From contig JAPHQX010000041.1 in NCBI GenBank assembly GCA_026196035.1, positions 1 to 58,658 on the forward strand: 58,658 nt of DNA. Reading direction: 5' to 3'. Of this stretch, positions 10,570 to 23,698 are shown piece by piece. This DNA comes from Gammaproteobacteria bacterium. GTDB taxonomy: Bacteria; Pseudomonadota; Gammaproteobacteria; SZUA-229. The position numbers were made by a program, and so were the translations under genes. The stretch's first letter is position 1. Every line of letters starts with the position of its first letter. The notes beneath the pieces are model-generated. The model did not search any database. It was not told the DNA's origin and worked only from the letters and a program-made list of their open reading frames with translations.

Positions 10570-10761
10570 TTAATTACGTTTTTCGTAGATGGCCATGATC
10601 GCTTTTAATTCTTTTAGTAAAGCGATGAGTTCATCACATGATAGATGAGTGGTTTGTTCGACCGTTATTCCATTTTCTAGAGCATCAATAATGTCTGATA
10701 CTGATGTACATCCCTGATGGCATATGGCTTCAACAGCTTTTGATATATTATCTTCGTTCAT
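10570..10761 (-). CDS. Small hypothetical protein (63 aa) with CxxxC motif
   Basis: MNEDNISKAVEAICHQGC...ELKAIMAIY. ATG at 10761 overlaps the end of the upstream SoxW-like gene. Confidence 0.7.
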   Translation of the reverse strand: MNEDNISKAVEAICHQGCTSVSDIIDALENGITVEQTTHLSCDELIALLKELKAIMAIYEKRN

Positions 10762-11770
10762 AGCTTTTCTCACGCCATAACTGGAATGTCGGGTAGGACT
10801 TATAACCATCTTCCAGTATAAATTGTAAAACATTTTTTAATCTATTGAATTTAACTACAGATTCAATACGAAATATTTGATGGCCATGGTTATCAAAAAA
10901 GATAATCGTGGGTGCAAAACTAAGGCTGAGTTTTTCTGCCCAGATTTTATTTGTGGTCTTTTCTCCTGATGGTGTTATTACAGTGTCATTTAAAGTAGTA
11001 TCAATCTGTACTACGCGCATTTTCATTAATTGATTGATGATTTCAGTTTCATTCATTGGATCAGCATGAAGAATATCGCAAGCATGGCATTTTGGATGTT
11101 CGAAGAAAACAGCTAATGGTTTATTGTCTGGTTTATGAGATCTGTCTAAATTGGTGATTTTCTGTTTTGCTTCGAATATCTCATTATCATTAAGTTCTTC
11201 CTGGCCAAAGCTCATGGCTTTTTCAGCACGTGCCATATAACTGGCGAGTGATTCCTTGTGATAGTGATCATCTGCGACAAACTCTAATGCTGCTCTGAAC
11301 TGATAAGGCGGGCGGTAGCCGTGTAGTTTTAATGATGAATGTCCGTTTCTATCAAAAAATAAAAAAGAAGGGGTAAAATCAGTTTTCATTTTAACTGCAT
11401 AATCATGCTCGTTGTATGTGTCGCCATTAAAATCAGTGACTATTTTCTGGCCTTTTACATCAATGGCAATTACGTCAAAGTGTTTTTTTGTGTAATCAAC
11501 TATATCAGCTGTACCCCAGTTGATTTCCAGCTGGGCTTTACAGTATGCGCAATTCTTACGTTCAAAATATATAATCAATCCACGGCCACTTGCATTGGCC
11601 TCTTCGAGACTGTCTTTAAGATCAAGAAAACTTAACTTAAACCAGTCAGGCAATATCAACTGGCTGTGTAATGGTGTGTCATCGAATGCAAGGGGGTTCT
11701 TGTCAACGGATGCAAATGAGTTTGATGCTAAAAAGAAAAGAATTAAATTTTGAAATATCTTTTTTAGCAT
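10748..11770 (-). CDS. SoxW-like periplasmic protein with two thioredoxin domains
   Basis: Signal peptide, PDWFKLSFLDL, CAYC and CHAC motifs, FTP/APT cis-Pro loops. Confidence 0.82.
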   Translation of the reverse strand: MLKKIFQNLILFFLASNSFASVDKNPLAFDDTPLHSQLILPDWFKLSFLDLKDSLEEANASGRGLIIYFERKNCAYCKAQLEINWGTADIVDYTKKHFDVIAIDVKGQKIVTDFNGDTYNEHDYAVKMKTDFTPSFLFFDRNGHSSLKLHGYRPPYQFRAALEFVADDHYHKESLASYMARAEKAMSFGQEELNDNEIFEAKQKITNLDRSHKPDNKPLAVFFEHPKCHACDILHADPMNETEIINQLMKMRVVQIDTTLNDTVITPSGEKTTNKIWAEKLSLSFAPTIIFFDNHGHQIFRIESVVKFNRLKNVLQFILEDGYKSYPTFQLWREKSYERR

Positions 11771-11813
11771 AAGGTAGATGATTCAGGCTCTAAATTAATT
11801 AATTGAAAATGGT

Positions 11814-12905
11814 TTATGGTTTATGTGCTTTGCTAAGGTAATTATGTGATCTCATTTCTTCCAGCCTGCTTATTGTTCTCTGAAATTCAAATGTTAACTC
11901 ATGGCCCTGATATATATTGTTTATGTGCGCCTCAGAACTAGCTACTAGTTTAACATTTCTGTCATAGAACTCGTCAATCATATTAATAAATCGCCTGGCT
12001 TTATCATCGGTAGATTCATCCATTACTGGAATATTGGATATAAACACTGTGTGAAAACATTTAGCAATCTCAATATAATCAGCGGTTGCTCTGGGGCCTG
12101 CACATAACATGTCGAATTCAAACCAGATAACGTCATCTGCGTGTAACTTGCTGTACAGGGTTCTGTAGTTAATCTGTAAAGGCTGATTAAATTCGCCTTT
12201 ACAGGGTGCTAGTTCACTAAATTGTTTGATAAACAGGTCATTATTCTCTGCTGATAGCGGTGTATACCAGGTTTCTGCTTTTTCAAGTAACCTGAGTCGA
12301 TGGTCGATTTCACCATCGATATTAATAATTTGCGTGTTTTGTTTTATGAACTCTATGGCGGGTAGAAAACGTTCTCTTTGAAGTCCGTTCTTATACAAAT
12401 CATCCGGCGATAGATTGGATGTCATCACCAGTGTTATGCCGCATTTGAACAGCTCATCCAGTAGACCGTAGAGCAGCATGGCATCTGTAATGTCTGAAAC
12501 ATGAAATTCATCAAGACAGATTACTGAAGTGTTTTTGGCGAAATTTCGTGCCACTAGAATAAGCGGATTGGTATGGCCTTTGAGCAGTCTAAGTTCATCA
12601 TGAACAGCCTGCATAAAATGATGAAAATGAAGACGTAACTTACCATCAAAGGGGAGGCTAAAAAAGAAAAGATCCATCAACCAGGTCTTGCCTCTACCAA
12701 CACCTCCCCAGAGGTATATTCCTTTTGTGGACTGTTTAGAACCGGTTAATTTTTTTAATCGATAACTAAAACTGGACCTGTATGTGTTCTGTTTGCTGAG
12801 TTCTAAATGTAATTGATTCAGTGAATCAACAACTGATGCCTGTGCTGAGTCGGTATCAAAATGCTCCGTTTCTATTTTAGATTGATAAATAGATTTTAGT
12901 GTCAT
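11814..12905 (-). CDS. zapE: Cell division ATPase ZapE (AFG1 family)
   Basis: GIYLWGGVGRGKTWLMDLF, LDEFHVSDITDAM, RFINMIDEFYD. Confidence 0.95.
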   Translation of the reverse strand: MTLKSIYQSKIETEHFDTDSAQASVVDSLNQLHLELSKQNTYRSSFSYRLKKLTGSKQSTKGIYLWGGVGRGKTWLMDLFFFSLPFDGKLRLHFHHFMQAVHDELRLLKGHTNPLILVARNFAKNTSVICLDEFHVSDITDAMLLYGLLDELFKCGITLVMTSNLSPDDLYKNGLQRERFLPAIEFIKQNTQIINIDGEIDHRLRLLEKAETWYTPLSAENNDLFIKQFSELAPCKGEFNQPLQINYRTLYSKLHADDVIWFEFDMLCAGPRATADYIEIAKCFHTVFISNIPVMDESTDDKARRFINMIDEFYDRNVKLVASSEAHINNIYQGHELTFEFQRTISRLEEMRSHNYLSKAHKP

Positions 12906-13152
12906 AAGTAATTTGAATGGGTATTAAAGTTAATGAAAACATGCATTTAATAGTATATACTAATGTCGATTATTACATGTTTCACAGTGATGCAGTTCTG
13001 GCCTTAAACTCAATTTCTCCATTTCATGCTTAAGTTCTGTCTAGCTTTGTCATTTCAATTTTATTGTATCTCAATTGAGGAATATGTATTTGTTTGCTAA
13101 TATACGCCGACCTTGGGTCACTACTATAACAATTCCTCATAAGGCCAGATAA

Positions 13153-14801
<1,649 letters not shown>

Positions 14802-14802
<1 letters not shown>

Positions 14803-15635
14803 TGAATTTATGTGGTTACCAGGTGGGTCTTGATCAGCCTTTTTTTCTGTTTGCCGGACCCTGTGTTATTGAAAGTGAAGCAATGGCACTGGAAACAGCT
14901 GCTGCTTTAAAAGAGATAACCGAAAAACTCAACATACCCTTTGTCTATAAATCATCTTTCGATAAAGCCAATCGTTCATCTATGGATAGTTTTCGTGGGC
15001 CTGGCATGGAAGAAGGTTTACGCATACTTGAAAAAGTTAAAAATGAACTGGGTGTACCTGTTATTACCGATGTGCACGAAGATACACCTATGGATGAAGT
15101 CGCTGATGTAGTAGATATTCTTCAGACCCCTGCTTTTTTATGTCGGCAGACCAACTTTATTCTAAAGGTAGCTGCTACAGGTAAGCCGGTTAATATCAAA
15201 AAAGGCCAGTTTATGGCGCCCTGGGATATGAAAAATGTCGTCGACAAGGCGCGTTCAACGGGTAATCAGCAAATCATGGTTTGTGATCGTGGTGTCTCTT
15301 TTGGCTATAACAACCTGGTTTCAGATATGCGTGCCCTGGCGGTGATGCGAGAAACGAACTGTCCGGTGGTTTTTGATGCAACACATTCGGTACAGCTACC
15401 GGGTGGTCAGGGTACATCATCAGGTGGTCAGCGAGAGCATGTACCTGTCCTGGCACGAGCTGCTGTAGCCGCTGGAGTATCGGGTCTGTTTATGGAAAGT
15501 CATCCTGACCCTGACAGGGCTTTAAGTGATGGCCCTAATGCCTGGCCATTATCAAAAATGGAATCACTGCTATCAACACTTCAGGCAATTGACCATCTGG
15601 TTAAACAGAAGCCTTTTGAAGAAACTAATTTATAA
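14802..15635 (+). CDS. kdsA: KDO 8-phosphate synthase
   Basis: [29 protein letters not shown]. Confidence 0.97.
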
Positions 15636-15692
15636 ATTATCAACCGACATAAATATAAACATTTACTTAAACAATACTATATAAGTTATTGA

Positions 15693-16988
<1,296 letters not shown>

Positions 16989-16991
16989 CAG

Positions 16992-17285
16992 GTGAAATGG
17001 CTTTTTATTTTACTCATCAGTTTGTTACTGCTATTGCAGTACAAACTATGGGTAGATGACGGAGGTCTACCTGAGGTTCTTCATTTACAAAATGAAGTTG
17101 AACTGGCAAAAAAAAATAAAATAGATCTGCAGGAACGTAATAATAGTCTGGATGCTGAGGTTACAGATCTTAAAAAGGGACTGGAAGCGATTGAAGAAAG
17201 AGCCAGAAGTGAACTGGGTATGGTTGGTAAAGATGAAACTTTCTACCAGATCATTTCAACACCGGAAGATAATCATTCAGAATGA
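16992..17285 (+). CDS. ftsB: Cell division protein FtsB
   Basis: TM ending LQYKLW, coiled coil, EERARSELGMV; lies between eno and ispD. Confidence 0.93.
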   Translation: MKWLFILLISLLLLLQYKLWVDDGGLPEVLHLQNEVELAKKNKIDLQERNNSLDAEVTDLKKGLEAIEERARSELGMVGKDETFYQIISTPEDNHSE

Positions 17286-18001
17286 AAAATAATAAATCCT
17301 TCTGGGCGGTAATACCTGCAGCGGGTGTTGGCAAGCGCATGGCTGCTGATAAGCCCAAGCAATATCTTGAATTACAAAATAAAACCGTCATAGAACATTG
17401 TCTACAACGTTTGCTTGATCATCCGAGTATTGAGGGTGTGGTTGTCTCCCTCGATGATAATGACCTTTACTGGCAAACAGTTAATTTTACCCATGAGAAA
17501 CCTGTTTTAGTCACTCTGGGTGGTGCCGAAAGATATGATTCTGTTATTAATTCATTAATGACATTAAAGAACCATCTAGCTGTAGATCACCTTAATGATG
17601 TCTGGGTACTAGTACACGATGCTGCCAGACCCTGCATTCGTCAGGAAGATATTAGTAAGCTCATTGAGACTGCCAGTTTTGATGACCATGGTGGTCTACT
17701 GGCCATTCCTGTGCGTGACACCATGAAGCGACAACAGGAAAACCATCGAGTACAGACAACAGTCGATAGAACAGGACTCTGGCATGCCCTGACACCCCAG
17801 ATGTTTAAATTACCGCTATTAATTAATGCGCTAAATAATGCTCAGGAGAAAGGCCTGCATGTCACAGATGATGCATCGGCCATGGAGTTCACTGGTTATA
17901 TGCCTTTACTGGTTGAAGGACATGAAGACAATATAAAAATCACTCGTCCTTTTGACCTGACGCTGGCCAATTTATATCTAAAAGAACAGTTAAATGACTG
18001 A
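17282..18001 (+). CDS. ispD: MEP cytidylyltransferase
   Basis: PAAGVGKRM, PKQY, VHDAARP, NIKIT. Confidence 0.96.
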   Translation: MKNNKSFWAVIPAAGVGKRMAADKPKQYLELQNKTVIEHCLQRLLDHPSIEGVVVSLDDNDLYWQTVNFTHEKPVLVTLGGAERYDSVINSLMTLKNHLAVDHLNDVWVLVHDAARPCIRQEDISKLIETASFDDHGGLLAIPVRDTMKRQQENHRVQTTVDRTGLWHALTPQMFKLPLLINALNNAQEKGLHVTDDASAMEFTGYMPLLVEGHEDNIKITRPFDLTLANLYLKEQLND

Positions 18002-18485
18002 TATACGCATAGGTCACGGCTACGATGTTCATGCTTTTGAAGCGGGTGATAGCATTATTCTGGGTGGGGTAAGGATACCTCATACACAAGCATTCAAAGC
18101 TCACTCAGATGGAGATGTATTGATTCATGCCTTATGCGATGCTTTACTGGGTGCATTAGCATTAGGTGATATAGGTACTCATTTCCCCGATACTGATGAG
18201 CAGTATAAAAATGCAAATAGCCGAGATTTATTAAAGCAGGTTATGAATTTGCTTATTGGTAAGGCTTATTTTATTAGTAATGTGGATGCCACCATTATTG
18301 CTCAGACACCCAAATTGCAGCCCTATATAAGTGATATGAAAGCTAATTTATCTCAGGATCTGAATATTTCTCAACAACAGATCAATATCAAGGCAACGAC
18401 AACTGAGAAACTGGGTTTTACTGGCAGAGAGGAAGGTATTTCCGCACATGTTGTGGTGTTGATCAAAGACAATAAACAAAAATGA
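17994..18485 (+). CDS. ispF: MECDP synthase
   Basis: RIGHGYDVH, HSDGDV, KATTTEKLG. Confidence 0.97.
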   Translation: MTDIRIGHGYDVHAFEAGDSIILGGVRIPHTQAFKAHSDGDVLIHALCDALLGALALGDIGTHFPDTDEQYKNANSRDLLKQVMNLLIGKAYFISNVDATIIAQTPKLQPYISDMKANLSQDLNISQQQINIKATTTEKLGFTGREEGISAHVVVLIKDNKQK

Positions 18486-18534
18486 AATAATCACTTATAA
18501 TCATTTGTTAAAGGTAAACTTAATAAATGATTGC

Positions 18535-19143
18535 ATGTTAATTTATATACATGGTTTTAATAGCTCACCAGCTTCGTTCAAGGCGAAGTTGCTTAAATCC
18601 TATATGGCCTCATTAGGCCTGGAACAACGCCTGCTCATTCCCGAACTTTCATCTATTCCCAATAAAGCCATATCACAGCTTGAAAAGCTAATTCGCAATC
18701 CCAAACTGACTAATCGCTTTGGTACAAATTGCCCAATTAGTTTGATAGGCAGTTCATTAGGTGGTTTTTACGCGACCTGGCTGGCTGAAAAATATGACAC
18801 AAGAGCGGTACTGATAAACCCGGCCGTCAATCCTTATGATTTACTGGATGAATATCTGGGAGAGAATACAAACTTTCATACCAATGAAAAATATGAATTA
18901 ACTAAAGAACATATTGATCAACTGCACAATCTGGAAGTTGATACTATTACCAAACCAGACCGCTATTTGCTAATGTTGCAAACCGGTGATGAGGTGCTTG
19001 ATTATAAGCTGGCAATAGAAAAGTATTCAGCTATTCCATCTATTGTTGAAGAAGGTGGAAGTCATGAATTTATGGGGTTTGATCGCCATTTAAAAACGGT
19101 GTTAGCATTTTGTGGAATAAATTGTCTTAAAACATATAACTGA
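18535..19143 (+). CDS. yqiA: YqiA/UPF0227-family esterase
   Basis: YIHGFNSS, GSSLGG nucleophile elbow, INPAV, GDEVLDY, GGSH. ATG 18535 preferred as start. Confidence 0.88.
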   Translation: MLIYIHGFNSSPASFKAKLLKSYMASLGLEQRLLIPELSSIPNKAISQLEKLIRNPKLTNRFGTNCPISLIGSSLGGFYATWLAEKYDTRAVLINPAVNPYDLLDEYLGENTNFHTNEKYELTKEHIDQLHNLEVDTITKPDRYLLMLQTGDEVLDYKLAIEKYSAIPSIVEEGGSHEFMGFDRHLKTVLAFCGINCLKTYN

Positions 19144-19153
19144 AGGAATACAA

Positions 19154-20200
19154 ATGTCACTAGGCCCTGTCATGCTCGACCTGGTGGGTACTGGTATAAA
19201 ACCAGAAGAAAAAGAAATGATGCTTCATCCACAGGCGGGTGGTGTCATTTTGTTTACCCGAAATTACGAATCCCCTGAGCAGATTACCGAGCTTGTAAAG
19301 GAAATTCATTCTTTACGATCTCCTCATCTGATTGTTGCAGTCGATCATGAGGGTGGTCGAGTTCAGCGTTTTCGAGAAGGTTTTACCCGAATTCCACCTG
19401 CAGCTATGTATGCTGAAGTTTATAAATCGAATCCTCAAGAAGCACGCAGGCTTGCGGAGCGATTTGGTTGGTTAATGGCTATTGAGTGTCGTTCAGTGGG
19501 AATAGATATCAGTTTTGCACCAGTTCTGGATCGTGGTCTGGGCATCAGCGGCGTGATTGGTGATAGAGCATTCCATTCAAATCCGGATTTAATTGCTGAA
19601 TTAGCCAGTGAATTTATGCATGGTATGCAATCGGCAGGTATGGCGGCTACAGGTAAGCATTTCCCCGGTCATGGTTCAATTAAAGAAGATTCACATGTCG
19701 CTCATCCAGTTGATCATCGGCCATTGAATGAAATTATGATGGAAGATGTGCGTCCTTTTGAACGTATGATTAATTATGGACTGGCCGCAATTATGCCGGC
19801 TCATGTTGTTTACCCCAAAGTAGATGATAAGCCAGCAGGTTATTCACCTTTCTGGTTAAATGATATTCTCAGAAAGCAGCTTGGCTTTCAGGGTGTTATT
19901 TTTAGTGATGATCTTTCGATGGAAGCGGCAGGCGTTGCAGGCGACTTTAGCGATCGGGCAAAAACAGCACTCAATGCAGGATGTGATATGGTGCTTGTGT
20001 GTAATCATTCTGAAGCAGCTGGACGTGTTCTTGAGAGTCTGGAAGATTATTCTAATCCAGCTTCACAGTTACGATTAATAAGAATGCATGGTCGTCATGC
20101 AGTCGATAGAAAACAGATGCATGCGTCAGTTGAATGGCAACAGGCCGTAGAGTTAGTCAATAAAATGAATGAAAGTCCGTGGCTGGAAATGGAAGTTTAA
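19154..20200 (+). CDS. nagZ: Beta-N-acetylhexosaminidase
   Basis: DHEGGRVQR, KHFPGHG, DSH, SDDLSM. Confidence 0.96.
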   Translation: MSLGPVMLDLVGTGIKPEEKEMMLHPQAGGVILFTRNYESPEQITELVKEIHSLRSPHLIVAVDHEGGRVQRFREGFTRIPPAAMYAEVYKSNPQEARRLAERFGWLMAIECRSVGIDISFAPVLDRGLGISGVIGDRAFHSNPDLIAELASEFMHGMQSAGMAATGKHFPGHGSIKEDSHVAHPVDHRPLNEIMMEDVRPFERMINYGLAAIMPAHVVYPKVDDKPAGYSPFWLNDILRKQLGFQGVIFSDDLSMEAAGVAGDFSDRAKTALNAGCDMVLVCNHSEAAGRVLESLEDYSNPASQLRLIRMHGRHAVDRKQMHASVEWQQAVELVNKMNESPWLEMEV

Positions 20201-21309
20201 TGAATATTGAAGAACTGGTTAAAAATATGAATCTTTTTAACAGTGAATATGCCTGGGTTAGCCAGGTATTTATTATTGTTTTTGGTTCACTGGTTTTAGA
20301 TTTCATGCAGAAGCATCTGATTAACAAGCTGCATAAAAAACTGGAGCAGACAAAAAATGCCTGGGATGACCTTTTTATTATATCTGCTAAGAAGCCACTG
20401 ACTTATATGATCTGGTTAATGGGTTTTACACTGGCGGCTGAAATTGTACAGAAACAGAGTGATGCTGCAATATTTTCAATTATAACTTCAGTTCGTGAAA
20501 TTGGTGTTATTGTCATTATCATGATTTTTCTTCTGAGTATTGTAAAAGGTGCTCAGGATATATTTATAGAACACGAAAATGAAACCGGTGAAAAGGATTT
20601 TGATAAACATACAGTTGAAGCTATCTCTAAACTGTTTCGTGCATCTATTATCATTACCAGTTCGCTGGTTATGTTGCAGACATTGGGTTACAGCATATCA
20701 GGTGTACTTGCCTTTGGTGGTATTGGTGGTGTTGCGGTTGGTTTTGCCGCAAAAGATATGCTGGCCAATTTCTTTGGTGGCTTAATGATTTATCTTGAAC
20801 GGCCATTTAAAATTGGTGACTGGATTCGTTCAAATGATAGAGACATTGAGGGTACTGTTGAGCATATTGGCTGGCGGCTTACGCGTATACGCACTTTTGA
20901 CAAACGTCCGCTGTATGTACCAAATTCAGTATTTTCAAATATTGCAGTAGAGAACCCATCAAGGATGACCAATCGACGTATTTATGAAACGATTGGTATT
21001 CGTTATGATGATGCAGATAAAATGCAGAAAATCACAGCAGAAGTCAAACAAATGCTTTTGTCTCATCCGGAAATCGATAGCCAGCAAACCCTGATTGTTA
21101 ATTTCAATAAATTCGCATCTTCTTCTGTTGATTTTTTTGTTTATACATTTACCAAAACAACCGAGTGGGTAAAATTTCATGAGATTAAACAGGAGATCCT
21201 GTTGAATATTATGGGTATAATTGAAAAAAATGATGCTCAAATTGCATTCCCAACATCCACTCTACATGTGCAGACTATGCCAGAAGTTACTGCTCCGGAG
21301 ATAAACTAA
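20200..21309 (+). CDS. MscS-family mechanosensitive channel
   Basis: Several TMs, VGFAAKD..ANFFGG, PFKIGDWI, AFPT. TAATG coupling to nagZ. Confidence 0.92.
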   Translation: MNIEELVKNMNLFNSEYAWVSQVFIIVFGSLVLDFMQKHLINKLHKKLEQTKNAWDDLFIISAKKPLTYMIWLMGFTLAAEIVQKQSDAAIFSIITSVREIGVIVIIMIFLLSIVKGAQDIFIEHENETGEKDFDKHTVEAISKLFRASIIITSSLVMLQTLGYSISGVLAFGGIGGVAVGFAAKDMLANFFGGLMIYLERPFKIGDWIRSNDRDIEGTVEHIGWRLTRIRTFDKRPLYVPNSVFSNIAVENPSRMTNRRIYETIGIRYDDADKMQKITAEVKQMLLSHPEIDSQQTLIVNFNKFASSSVDFFVYTFTKTTEWVKFHEIKQEILLNIMGIIEKNDAQIAFPTSTLHVQTMPEVTAPEIN

Positions 21310-21677
21310 TGGCTGATAAATTGCTTGTGGTAATGGCCAATACTGATTTAACCAATCCTGCGGAACTTGTACCACCATTATTACAGGCGACCGTTGCTGC
21401 AGCCATGGAATACGAGGTAGAAATTCTGCTTACAGGTCAGGCGGGTAAACTGGCTATGAAAGGTGTAGCTGAAAAGATGGTATTTATGGAAGAAGATAAA
21501 AAAACAGTTTACGATCATATTAAACAGGCCAGAACGGCCGGTGTTGTTTTTAAAGTCTGTACACCGGCATTAAAATTCTGGGGCGAAGATCTGATCCCTG
21601 AAATTAGTGAAACAGTTGGTGGTGCCTATATTATCAGTGAAGCCATGAATGATGGCGTCGTAACCTTTACTTATTAA
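21309..21677 (+). CDS. DsrE-family protein
   Basis: ATVAAAMEYEVEILLTG...GVVFKVC pattern; 122 aa with a single Cys. Confidence 0.75.
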   Translation: MADKLLVVMANTDLTNPAELVPPLLQATVAAAMEYEVEILLTGQAGKLAMKGVAEKMVFMEEDKKTVYDHIKQARTAGVVFKVCTPALKFWGEDLIPEISETVGGAYIISEAMNDGVVTFTY

Positions 21678-21680
21678 TTA

Positions 21681-22247
21681 ATGTCTATCACACAACATCA
21701 GGCCCAGGCCATCCTCGATAATGCTTCGTTAATTTATGATGCTGAAACTATATCAACGGCCATTGATAAGATGGCAGCTGATGTTGAAGCCGAGGTTTCA
21801 AAGACTAATGATGATCCCATGCCAATTATCGTTATCAGTGTTATGAACGGTGGTCTTATCCTGGCAGGTCATTTGTTGACACGTCTTAACATACCTTTAC
21901 AGGTCGATTTTATACATGCTACCCGTTATAGAAATGAAACCAGCGGGGGTGATCTTGAGTGGAAGGTTGAACCTCATCAGTCTATAAAAAATAGACGAAT
22001 ACTCATCGTTGACGATATTCTGGATCAGGGATATACGCTGGATGAGATCGTTAAATACTGTAAGTCTCAAAATGCAGCAAAAATATGGACAGCCGTTCTG
22101 GTCAAAAAAAATCATCCTCGTACAAAAGCCGACATTCACTGTGATTTTGTTGGCTTAAATGTGGAGGATCAATATGTTTTTGGTTTTGGTATGGACTACA
22201 AGAGTTATCATAGAAATTTAAATGCAATTTATGCCGTGAATGATTAA
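21681..22247 (+). CDS. hpt: Hypoxanthine-guanine phosphoribosyltransferase
   Basis: PRPP motif ILIVDDILDQGYT; YVFGFGMDY. Confidence 0.92.
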   Translation: MSITQHQAQAILDNASLIYDAETISTAIDKMAADVEAEVSKTNDDPMPIIVISVMNGGLILAGHLLTRLNIPLQVDFIHATRYRNETSGGDLEWKVEPHQSIKNRRILIVDDILDQGYTLDEIVKYCKSQNAAKIWTAVLVKKNHPRTKADIHCDFVGLNVEDQYVFGFGMDYKSYHRNLNAIYAVND

Positions 22248-22266
22248 GTTGATAGAGAATATATAA

Positions 22267-23019
22267 ATGTCTTTAGTTGCAATTATTGGTGGAACCGGGT
22301 TAACAAAATTAGAAAACCTGGAAATAACCCATAAAGAAATGGTCAATACGCCTTATGGTGTGCCATCTGGACCATTAACATTCGGTAAAATATGTGGGCT
22401 GGATGTGGTTTTCCTGGCACGACATGGATACAGACATACTATTCCACCACATATGGTTAATTATCGAGCCAACCTGTGGGCGCTAAAGGAAGCCGGAGCA
22501 AGCAAAATTATCGCGATTGCTGCAGTAGGGGGTATTACATCAGAAATGAAACCCGAAGCTATTGTTATTCCTGATCAGATTATTGATTACACCTATGGTC
22601 GATCACAGACTTTCTTTGAAAATGATCTTAGTTTTGTCACCCATATTGATTTCAGTTACCCCTATAACGACTCACTAAGGCAGATTCTGCTGAAAAGTGC
22701 AGAGCAACTTAACTATGATGCGGTTAATGGAGCCGTTTATGCCGCTACTCAAGGGCCGAGACTGGAAACGGCAGCGGAAATTAACAGACTTGACCATGAT
22801 GGCTGCGATATCGTGGGTATGACAGGTATGCCGGAGGCTGCTCTGGCTCGTGAGCTGGAGCTCGAATATGCGGCCTGTGCTCTTGTGGTTAACTGGGCAG
22901 CAGGGCGTAATGGCGGTAATGAAATCAGCCTCAGTGAGATGGAAAAATGTCTTGAAGCCGGTATGGCAAGGGTTAGAGGGCTGCTAGAAATAGCCTTACC
23001 AATGATTTGCCACGCGTGA
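22267..23019 (+). CDS. mtnP: S-methyl-5'-thioinosine/thioadenosine phosphorylase
   Basis: IIGGTG, ARHG..H.IPPH.VNYRAN, GPRLETAAE, VGMT. VVN.AAG suggests the 6-oxopurine (MTI) type. Confidence 0.9.
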   Translation: MSLVAIIGGTGLTKLENLEITHKEMVNTPYGVPSGPLTFGKICGLDVVFLARHGYRHTIPPHMVNYRANLWALKEAGASKIIAIAAVGGITSEMKPEAIVIPDQIIDYTYGRSQTFFENDLSFVTHIDFSYPYNDSLRQILLKSAEQLNYDAVNGAVYAATQGPRLETAAEINRLDHDGCDIVGMTGMPEAALARELELEYAACALVVNWAAGRNGGNEISLSEMEKCLEAGMARVRGLLEIALPMICHA

Positions 23020-23105
23020 TGCATATCAAGCATTGTTAATTATTTCTGCAAGATTTATAACGATGTTATAAAATACCGCCGCATTTTCAATTTTTAGGTT
23101 TAACT

Positions 23106-23687
23106 ATGTCACGTACAGAATCCATGCCTGAAGTCCAGGGTATACAGAAGATTATCCGCGCATTACGCTATCACGAACAATCACGTCAATGGTTTGCCAT
23201 TTTATTTGTTTTACTGGTTAGCCTGCTGGGTAAAACAACGGAAATGCTATTTATTGCAGGATCTATTATTGCTGGACTGGGTATCATTATCCGCATGTGG
23301 GCCGCTGGATATGTAATGAAAAATAAAGTGTTATCTACCACAGGCCCATATGCTTATGTCAGGCATCCATTATATGTGGGTAATATTTTACTGCTGGCTG
23401 GTTTCTCAATTGCTTCTGGTCTATGGTGGTCGTATTTACTCATGGCCGCTTTATTATGGTTTTACTATCCACCTACCATTTCATATGAAGATAATAAATT
23501 ACATGGCATATTTGGTGAACAATGGGAAAACTGGAGCAAAGATGTAAAAGCACTGATTCCTACATTTCCAGCTAAAGCGGGAAGTGGTAAAAGCAAATGG
23601 TCATTCAAGAAAAGTTTAATACAGAATGGTGAGCCGGTAATCGTCGTTTACCTGATCTGGTGTTTATATCTGTTATACACTAACTAG
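23106..23687 (+). CDS. Membrane SAM-dependent methyltransferase (ICMT/PEMT family)
   Basis: TM helices with RMWAAG...L.TTGPYAYVRHPLYVGN...EDNKL...FG. Confidence 0.85.
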   Translation: MSRTESMPEVQGIQKIIRALRYHEQSRQWFAILFVLLVSLLGKTTEMLFIAGSIIAGLGIIIRMWAAGYVMKNKVLSTTGPYAYVRHPLYVGNILLLAGFSIASGLWWSYLLMAALLWFYYPPTISYEDNKLHGIFGEQWENWSKDVKALIPTFPAKAGSGKSKWSFKKSLIQNGEPVIVVYLIWCLYLLYTN

Positions 23688-23698
23688 AATTTCATCTA

